A DNA stretch of 64,000 nt, taken from contig OY762897.2 in NCBI GenBank assembly GCA_963666515.2, forward strand, positions 3,168,001-3,232,000, in the 5' to 3' direction. Position numbers and translations under genes: made by a program. Origin of the DNA: Candidatus Binatia bacterium (GTDB taxonomy: Bacteria > Desulfobacterota > Binatia > UBA9968 > JAJDTQ01). This document shows positions 49,716 through 64,000 of the stretch, one piece after another. Numbering within the stretch: the first letter of the stretch is position 1; each line of letters begins with the position of its first letter. The notes below the pieces were generated by a model, which was given only the letters and a program-made list of their open reading frames with translations, had not been told where the DNA came from and did no database searches.

Positions 49716-50051
49716 TCAGACCCTTTCGTCAACCACCACGGTCAGGTGGCTCAGGCGCTTGCGGATGCGGTTGGCGCGGCCCATTCCGCGCGGCATGAAC
49801 CGCTTCCACATCCCGGCCTGACCGACCTCCGCCGACTTGACGTACAGGAGGTCCACGTCCACGCTCTGGGTGTTCTCGGCGTTGGCCACCGCCGACCGGA
49901 CGGTCTTGGCGACGATGCCGGCGCAACCCTTGGGCACGAACTTGAGAATCGTCAGCGCGTCCTCCACCGACCGGCCTCGGACCTGGTCCACCACCAGCCT
50001 CATCTTGCGAGGCGAGACCCGGGCGAACTTCGTGACCGCGCGCGACTCCAT
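49716..50051 (-). CDS. rplV: 50S ribosomal protein L22
   Basis: [32 protein letters not shown]. Confidence 0.99.
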   Translation of the reverse strand: MESRAVTKFARVSPRKMRLVVDQVRGRSVEDALTILKFVPKGCAGIVAKTVRSAVANAENTQSVDVDLLYVKSAEVGQAGMWKRFMPRGMGRANRIRKRLSHLTVVVDERV

Positions 50052-50054
50052 GGC

Positions 50055-50345
50055 CTATCTCCTCACGCCCCTGGCGTCGCCCCGGCGGTCTCCGGCATGG
50101 CCGTGAAACGTGCGCGTGGGCGAGAACTCGCCCAGCTTGTGGCCCACCATGTTCTCGGTCACGAACACCGGCAGGAACTTCCGCCCGTTGTGCACCGCGA
50201 TGGTGTGGCCGATCATGTCCGGGGTGATGGTCGAGCGCCGGGACCAGGTCTTGACCACCCTCCTGGCCTGGGACCGGTTCATTTCCTCGATCTTGCGCAT
50301 CAGGTGGTCGTCCACGAAAGGACCCTTCTTGATCGAGCGAGCCAT
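50055..50345 (-). CDS. rpsS: 30S ribosomal protein S19
   Basis: [34 protein letters not shown]; ATG 50345. Confidence 0.99.
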   Translation of the reverse strand: MARSIKKGPFVDDHLMRKIEEMNRSQARRVVKTWSRRSTITPDMIGHTIAVHNGRKFLPVFVTENMVGHKLGEFSPTRTFHGHAGDRRGDARGVRR

Positions 50346-50347
50346 GC

Positions 50348-51175
50348 CTACTGTCCCTTTCTGCGCTTCACGATGTACTTGTCGGAAGGCTTGACGCCGC
50401 GGGTGCGGTAACCCTTGGTGGGCTTGCCCCAGGGGGTCTGCGGGTGGTTGCCCTTGGACTGGCCCTCGCCGCCGCCGTGCGGATGGTCCACCGGGTTCTT
50501 GGCGATGCCCCGGGTCACCGGCCGGCGGCCCATCCAGCGGGACCGGCCCGCCTTGCCGTAGGTGACGTTCTCGTAGTCGGCGTTGCCCACTTCCCCGATG
50601 GTGGCGCGGCACTCGGAGCGCACGTTGCGCAGTTCCCCGGACGGCAGCTTGAGCAGAGTGTAGTGGCCCTCCTTGGCCATCACCTGCGCCGAGGCGCCGG
50701 CGCTGCGGACGATCTGCCCTCCCTTGCCGGCCTTCAACTCCACGTTGTGCACCAGCGTGCCGGTGGGGATGTGCCTCAGGGGCAGGGAATTGCCCGGCTG
50801 GATGTCGATGTCCTGGTCGCCGGACAGGATCCGGCTCCCCACCCTGAGCTTGTCCGGGGCCAGGATGTAGCGCCGCTCGCCGTCGAGGTAGCAGATGAGC
50901 GCCACCCGGGCCGAGCGGTTGGGGTCGTACTCGATGGCCTCGACCCGGCCGGCGACCCCCTTCTTGTCCCGCTTGAAGTCGATGAACCGGTAAAGCCGCT
51001 TGTGTCCGCCGCCGCGGTGGTCCTTGGTGATCCTGCCGGTGTTGTTGCGCCCGCCGTGTCCTTTGAGCGGCCGCAACAGCGCCTTGTGCGGCGCGTCGCG
51101 GGTGACTTCCTCGAACCCGAAGCCCGTGGAAAAACGGCGCCCGGGGGAAGTCGGGCGGCGGTTCTTGATCGACAT
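50348..51175 (-). CDS. rplB: 50S ribosomal protein L2
   Basis: [41 protein letters not shown]. Confidence 0.99.
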   Translation of the reverse strand: MSIKNRRPTSPGRRFSTGFGFEEVTRDAPHKALLRPLKGHGGRNNTGRITKDHRGGGHKRLYRFIDFKRDKKGVAGRVEAIEYDPNRSARVALICYLDGERRYILAPDKLRVGSRILSGDQDIDIQPGNSLPLRHIPTGTLVHNVELKAGKGGQIVRSAGASAQVMAKEGHYTLLKLPSGELRNVRSECRATIGEVGNADYENVTYGKAGRSRWMGRRPVTRGIAKNPVDHPHGGGEGQSKGNHPQTPWGKPTKGYRTRGVKPSDKYIVKRRKGQ

Positions 51176-51197
51176 GGACTACAACCCTCTTCCTTGC

Positions 51198-51488
51198 TCA
51201 ACCGACGCCGAAGAAGTCGATGCGGTCACCTTCCTTCAGCGTGACCACCGCCTTCTTCCACAGCGGCAACCGTCCGGTGTTTCGGCCCACCCGGCGCATC
51301 TTGCCGAGATAGCGCGCGGTGCGGACGTTCAGCACGGTGACCTTGAACAGCGCCTCCACCTGTTGGCGGATCTCGATCTTGTTGGCGTCCGTACGCACCT
51401 TGAAGACCACCTGGTTCGACGACTCGGCCAGCAGCGAAGCCTTCTCGGAGATCAGCGGACCGAGGACGGTATCGCGAACGCCCCTCAT
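51198..51488 (-). CDS. rplW: 50S ribosomal protein L23
   Basis: PLISEKA, FKV..DANK.EI..VE.LF.V.V, WKKAVVTL; ATG 51488. Confidence 0.98.
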   Translation of the reverse strand: MRGVRDTVLGPLISEKASLLAESSNQVVFKVRTDANKIEIRQQVEALFKVTVLNVRTARYLGKMRRVGRNTGRLPLWKKAVVTLKEGDRIDFFGVG

Positions 51489-52081
51489 TGCGAGAACCTC
51501 TCCTCGATCTTCTCCAACGCCTCGCGGGTCAGCACCAGGTGCTCGAAACGGAGCACGTCGTAGACGTTCAGCCCGGCCACCCGCAGCACCTTCACGCCGG
51601 GCAGGTTGCGGGCGGACAGCTCGATCTTCTCGTCGCGGTCGCCGATGACCAGCAGCGACTTTCCGACGCCCAGCGCGGCCAACGCCTCGGCCATGAGGCG
51701 GGTCTTGATCTCCGAGACGTCCTCGGGCTCCACCACCACCAGCTTGTCTTCCTGGCGCTTCAGGCTGAGGGCGGACAGCACCGCCTGCCGGCGCGCCTTC
51801 TTGGGGATCCGGTACGAATAGTCGCGGGGCGCGGGCCCGAAGACGGTGCCGCCCCCGACCCAGATGGGCGAGCGCACGCTGCCGGCGCGCGCCCGGCCCG
51901 AGCCCTTCTGGCGCCACGGCTTGCGGCCGCTGCCGCGGACCTCGCCGCGGGTCTTGGTGGACGCGGTGCCGGCGCGGCGGTTGCTCAACTGCATGACCAC
52001 CGCCTGGTGCAACAGGTGCGGGCGGACGGCCACGCCGAAAATGCTGTCCGGAAGCGCCGGCTCGATCCTGCGAAGTTCCAT
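51485..52081 (-). CDS. rplD: 50S ribosomal protein L4
   Basis: [44 protein letters not shown]; ATG 52081. Confidence 0.98.
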   Translation of the reverse strand: MELRRIEPALPDSIFGVAVRPHLLHQAVVMQLSNRRAGTASTKTRGEVRGSGRKPWRQKGSGRARAGSVRSPIWVGGGTVFGPAPRDYSYRIPKKARRQAVLSALSLKRQEDKLVVVEPEDVSEIKTRLMAEALAALGVGKSLLVIGDRDEKIELSARNLPGVKVLRVAGLNVYDVLRFEHLVLTREALEKIEERFSQ

Positions 52082-52083
52082 TC

Positions 52084-52716
52084 CTACCCCTTGACGGCTC
52101 GCCGCACGAGCACCACCCCGCCGTTGGCCCCCGGAACCGCGCCCTTCACCAGCAGGAGGTTTTCGTCGGCGCGGACCGCGACCACCCGGAGGTTCTGGAT
52201 CGACACCCGCTCGTTGCCCAGGTGACCGGCCATTCGCTTGCCCTTGAAGACCTTGCCGGGATAGGAGCGGTTGCCGATGGAGCCGCCGTGGCGGAAGTAC
52301 TCGTGGGTGCCGTGGGTGCGGGAGAAGCCGCGGAAGTCCCAGCGCTTCATGACGCCGGCGAAGCCCCGGCCCTTGGAGGTCCCGGTGACGTCCACCAGGT
52401 CCCCGGGCTTGACGAAGTCCGTCACCGTCAGCTCCTGGCCCACTTCGTAGCCGGAGACGTCGTCCACCCGGAACTCGCGGAGCACCCGGAAGGACCCCTT
52501 CTCGGCCTTGGCCATGTGGCCCCGCAAAGGACGGTTCACCCGCTGGTTCTTCTGCCTGCCGAAACCGAGCTGCAGCGCGTTGTAGCCGTCCTTCTCGACG
52601 TCCTTCTTCTGCACCACCACGCACGGGCCCGCCTCCACCACGGTCACGGGAATCACGTTGCCGGTGTCGTCGAAGAGCTGGCTCATGCCGATTTTCTTGC
52701 CGATGAGACCCGTCAT
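52084..52716 (-). CDS. rplC: 50S ribosomal protein L3
   Basis: [41 protein letters not shown]. Confidence 0.99.
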   Translation of the reverse strand: MTGLIGKKIGMSQLFDDTGNVIPVTVVEAGPCVVVQKKDVEKDGYNALQLGFGRQKNQRVNRPLRGHMAKAEKGSFRVLREFRVDDVSGYEVGQELTVTDFVKPGDLVDVTGTSKGRGFAGVMKRWDFRGFSRTHGTHEYFRHGGSIGNRSYPGKVFKGKRMAGHLGNERVSIQNLRVVAVRADENLLLVKGAVPGANGGVVLVRRAVKG

Positions 52717-52725
52717 CTCCCTGCC

Positions 52726-53034
52726 CTATTGAAGCTTGATCTCCACGTCCACGCCGGCGGCCAGATCCAGCTTGCCCAGCGCGTCGATGGTCTGCTGGGT
52801 CGGCTCCAGGATGTCCAGCAGCCGCTTGTGGGTGCGTACCTCGAACTGCTCCCGCGACTTCTTGTCGACGTGCGGGGACCGGTTGACGGTGAACCGCTCG
52901 ATGCGCGTCGGCAGCGGGATGGGGCCGGCCACCCGCCCGCCGGTCCTCTTGACGGTCTCGACGATCTCTCCCACCGACTGGTCCAGGACCCGGTAGTCGT
53001 AGGCCTTGAGCCGAATGCGGATTTTCTCGTTCAC
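52726..53034 (-). CDS. rpsJ: 30S ribosomal protein S10
   Basis: [31 protein letters not shown]; GTG start overlaps the fusA stop. Confidence 0.99.
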   Translation of the reverse strand: MNEKIRIRLKAYDYRVLDQSVGEIVETVKRTGGRVAGPIPLPTRIERFTVNRSPHVDKKSREQFEVRTHKRLLDILEPTQQTIDALGKLDLAAGVDVEIKLQ

Positions 53035-55112
53035 AGCGACGCCTCCCGGCCCATCATGTCTTCCTTCACCGTTTCCGGCACTTCCTCGTAGCGCGAGAAC
53101 TGCATCGTGTAGGTCGCCCGGCCCTGGGTCCTCGATCTCAGGTCCGTGGCATAGCCGAACATCTGCGACAGGGGGACGCGGGACTCCACCACCTGCGCGC
53201 TGCCCTTGGCGGTCATCCCCAGGACCTTGCCCCGGCGCGAGCTGATGTCGCCGATCACGTCGCCCATGAACACCTCCGGCACCACCACCTCGACGTCCAT
53301 CACCGGCTCCAGCAGCACCGGCGACGCCTTCCGCAACGCCTCCTTGAAAGCCATGGAGCCGGCGATGGTGAACGCCATCTCCGACGAATCCACGTCGTGG
53401 TAGCTGCCGTCGAGGAGCGTTACCCGCACGTCCACCACCGGGTATCCCACCAGGCCGCCGTTGGTCATGGCCTGGGCCACGCCGTTCTCCACCGCGGGGA
53501 CGTACTCCTGCGGTATCGCGCCCCCCTTGATGGCGCTGACGAACTCGAACCCGCTGCCCGTGGGCTGGGGCTCCAGGCGCAGGTAGACGTGGCCGAACTG
53601 CCCGCGGCCGCCCGACTGCCTGACGAACCGGCCTTCCTGCTCCACCGTCCGGCGTATGGTCTCCTTGTACGCGACCTGCGGCTTGCCGACGTTGGCGTCC
53701 ACCTTGAACTCCCGCAGCAGCCTGTCGACGATCACCTCCAGGTGAAGCTCTCCCATGCCCGATATCAACGTCTGGCCGGTCTCCTGGTCCACGGTGACCC
53801 GGAAGGAGGGATCCTCCTTGGCCAGCTTCTGGAGGGACGACGCCAGCTTTTCCTGGTCGTCGCGGGACTTGGGCTCGATGGCGATGGCGATGACGGGTTC
53901 GGGGAAGTCGATGGATTCGAGGAGGATGGGGTGGTCCTGGTCACAGAGGGTGTCGCCGGTCTTGGCGCTGCGCAGGCCCACGGCCGCGGCGATGTCTCCG
54001 GCGCAGACCTCGTCGATCTCCTCGCGCTTGTTGGCGTGCATCTTGAGGATGCGCCCCAGACGCTCCCGCTGACCGGTGGAGGCATTGTAGACGAACGCGC
54101 CGGACTTGCGCGTGCCGGAATAGACCCGGAAGAAGGTCAGCGATCCCACGAAGGGATCGGCCATGATCTTGAACGCCAGGGCGGAGAACGGCGCTTCGTC
54201 CGAGGTCGGGCGCACCGCCTCTTCGCCGCGGTCCGGATCCGTGCCGCGGATCGGCGGCACGTCCAGCGGCGAAGGGAGATAGTCGATGACCGCGTCCAGC
54301 AACGGCTGCACGCCCTTGTTGCGGAACGCGGCGCCGCACAGCACGGGGACGAGCTTCAGGTCCAGTCCCGCGGCCCGAATCGCCCGCACCAGCCGGTCGC
54401 CGGAGATTTCCTCGCCCTGGAGGTACGCGGTCATGATCGAGTCGTCGCAGTCCGCCAGCGTCTCCAGCAGGATCTCGTGGTATTCGTCGGCCTGGGGTTG
54501 CATCCCGGCCGGTATCGGCGCCTCCCGGAAGCTGGCGCCGAGGTTCTCGTTGTCCCACAACACCGCCTTCATCCGCACGAGGTCCACGACGCCCTGGAAG
54601 CCGTCTTCGCACCCCACCGGGAGCTGGATCACCAGGGGGCGGGCCCCCAGCCGCTCCTCGATCATCTTCACCACGCGGAAGAAGTCGGCGCCGACCCGGT
54701 CCATCTTGTTGACGTAGGCGATCCGGGGCACGCCGTACTTGTCGGCCTGCCGCCAGACGGTCTCGGTCTGCGGCTCCACGCCCCCCACCGAGCAGAACAC
54801 CCCGATGGCGCCGTCCAGCACCCGCAGCGACCGTTCCACCTCGATGGTGAAGTCCACGTGGCCCGGGGTGTCGATGATGTTGATCCGGTGGTCGCGCCAG
54901 TGGCACGTGGTCGCCGCCGAGGTGATGGTGATCCCCCGCTCCTGCTCCTGGACCATCCAGTCCATGGTCGCGGTGCCGTCGTGCACCTCGCCCAGCTTGT
55001 AGTTGATGCCGGTATAGAACAGCACGCGCTCGGTCGTGGTGGTCTTGCCGGCATCGATGTGGGCCATGATGCCGATGTTGCGGGTGCGGTCCAGTGGTAC
55101 CTGTCTGCTCAT
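53031..55112 (-). CDS. fusA: Elongation factor G
   Basis: [57 protein letters not shown]. Confidence 0.99.
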   Translation of the reverse strand: MSRQVPLDRTRNIGIMAHIDAGKTTTTERVLFYTGINYKLGEVHDGTATMDWMVQEQERGITITSAATTCHWRDHRINIIDTPGHVDFTIEVERSLRVLDGAIGVFCSVGGVEPQTETVWRQADKYGVPRIAYVNKMDRVGADFFRVVKMIEERLGARPLVIQLPVGCEDGFQGVVDLVRMKAVLWDNENLGASFREAPIPAGMQPQADEYHEILLETLADCDDSIMTAYLQGEEISGDRLVRAIRAAGLDLKLVPVLCGAAFRNKGVQPLLDAVIDYLPSPLDVPPIRGTDPDRGEEAVRPTSDEAPFSALAFKIMADPFVGSLTFFRVYSGTRKSGAFVYNASTGQRERLGRILKMHANKREEIDEVCAGDIAAAVGLRSAKTGDTLCDQDHPILLESIDFPEPVIAIAIEPKSRDDQEKLASSLQKLAKEDPSFRVTVDQETGQTLISGMGELHLEVIVDRLLREFKVDANVGKPQVAYKETIRRTVEQEGRFVRQSGGRGQFGHVYLRLEPQPTGSGFEFVSAIKGGAIPQEYVPAVENGVAQAMTNGGLVGYPVVDVRVTLLDGSYHDVDSSEMAFTIAGSMAFKEALRKASPVLLEPVMDVEVVVPEVFMGDVIGDISSRRGKVLGMTAKGSAQVVESRVPLSQMFGYATDLRSRTQGRATYTMQFSRYEEVPETVKEDMMGREASL

Positions 55113-55141
55113 TGCTCTTGATCGTGTGTCCGTACGACGGC

Positions 55142-55171
55142 AAAAAAAGGAGGCGGTTCTACCGCCTCCTT
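55142..55171 (-). terminator. Intrinsic terminator-like hairpin between rpsG and fusA
   Basis: Minus strand AAGGAGGCGGT-AGA-ACCGCCTCC followed by T7. Confidence 0.8.
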
Positions 55172-55196
55172 GATCGGATGATGACTGACCTGACGA

Positions 55197-55667
55197 CTAC
55201 CAGCGGTAATGGGCGAAGGCGCGGTTCGCCTCGGCCATCCGGTGCGTGTCTTCCTTCTTCTTGACGGCGTTGCCCCGCTGGTTGGCGGCGTCCATCAATT
55301 CGCCGGCGAGCTTCTCGTCCATGGCCTTCTCGCTCCTGGCCCGGGCCGAGCTGATGAGCCAGCGGAGGCTCAGCGAAAGCCGCCGGTCAGGACGGACCTC
55401 CACCGGCACCTGGTAGGTGGCGCCGCCGACGCGCCGGGAACGGACCTCCACCATGGGCTTGGTGTTGTCCACGGCGCGCTTGAACACGCCCAGCGGCTCG
55501 GTCTTGGCCCTGTCCGCAATGATGTCCAGCGACCGGTAGAGGATTCCCTCGGCGATGCTCTTCTTGCCGCGGCTCATCATGTTGTTGATGAACTTCGTGA
55601 CCAGCCTGTCCCCGTACTTGGGGTCCGGGAGCAGCTCTTTCCGCTTTATTTCACCCTTGCGCGGCAT
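55197..55667 (-). CDS. rpsG: 30S ribosomal protein S7
   Basis: [39 protein letters not shown]; ATG 55667. Confidence 0.99.
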   Translation of the reverse strand: MPRKGEIKRKELLPDPKYGDRLVTKFINNMMSRGKKSIAEGILYRSLDIIADRAKTEPLGVFKRAVDNTKPMVEVRSRRVGGATYQVPVEVRPDRRLSLSLRWLISSARARSEKAMDEKLAGELMDAANQRGNAVKKKEDTHRMAEANRAFAHYRW

Positions 55668-55671
55668 GTCC

Positions 55672-56043
55672 CTACTTCGGCCTCTTGGCTCCGTACTTCG
55701 AGCGGCCCTGGCGGCGCTCCTGGACGCCGATGGAGTCCAACGCGCCGCGGATGATGTGGTAGCGCACGCCCGGCAGGTCCTTGACCCTGCCGCCACGGAT
55801 CAGCACCACCGAGTGCTCCTGCAGATTGTGCCCCATGCCGGGGATGTAGGAGGTCACCTCCGTCCCGTTGGTCAGGCGTACCCGCGCCACCTTGCGCAAC
55901 GCCGAGTTGGGCTTCTTCGGCGTGGAGGTGTAGACCCGGGTGCACACGCCGCGCTTCTGCGGACAGCCCTGTAGCGCCGGCGCGGTGTTCTTCTGCCGCT
56001 GTATCTCGCGTCCCTTGCGGACCAGTTGATTGATCGTAGGCAT
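55672..56043 (-). CDS. rpsL: 30S ribosomal protein S12
   Basis: [32 protein letters not shown]; ATG 56043. Confidence 0.99.
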   Translation of the reverse strand: MPTINQLVRKGREIQRQKNTAPALQGCPQKRGVCTRVYTSTPKKPNSALRKVARVRLTNGTEVTSYIPGMGHNLQEHSVVLIRGGRVKDLPGVRYHIIRGALDSIGVQERRQGRSKYGAKRPK

Positions 56044-56071
56044 CTCGCTCGACTTTCGCAGTAAACTGCCG

Positions 56072-56100
56072 ATTTTATCGGAACTTTGACAGCCTGTCAA
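56072..56100 (-). promoter_or_regulatory. Near-consensus sigma70 promoter of rpsL (str operon)
   Basis: Minus strand TTGACA (56100-56095) -17 bp- TAAAAT (56077-56072), just after the rpoC stop. Confidence 0.8.
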
Positions 56101-56103
56101 CGG

Positions 56104-60231
<4,128 letters not shown>

Positions 60232-60239
60232 GATGCCTC

Positions 60240-64000
<3,761 letters not shown>

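Overview
High-GC bacterial chromosome segment. Gene content and order (TrmD-SPOUT fusion, dapL-folK, TldD/PmbA, lptD) suggest a diderm deltaproteobacterial/Binatota-like lineage; this is inference, with no search run. The right ~25 kb (39056-64000, minus strand) is the rpoB-rpoC / str / S10 / spc / alpha super-cluster. It lacks tuf, rpmD, adk and infA at their usual positions, has an intrinsic terminator between rpsG and fusA, and runs straight into SPOR-trpD-trpC-trpF-folC-lptD-secretin. The left part holds housekeeping genes (pmbA/tldD, trpEG, folK, dapL, coaD, rsmD, iscA, mpl/ldcA, groESL, ffh-rpsP-khpA-rimM-trmD-rplS, rarA) and one initiator-type tRNA-Met. Accessory DNA is interspersed: a COG1373-type AAA ATPase, an intact IS1634 inserted against the trpE ribosome-binding site, a RES toxin-antitoxin pair, two families of small palindromic repeats (one inserted in frame in a protein), and a ~2.2 kb islet after groEL. 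The best candidate for an undescribed system is in that islet: a HicA-like small protein followed by a HicB-like/HTH antitoxin fused in frame to a uracil-DNA-glycosylase-superfamily domain. A divergent archaeal-type (class II) GAPDH homologue is the second most notable gene. No CRISPR array or rRNA was seen. All family calls come from motif recognition by eye.
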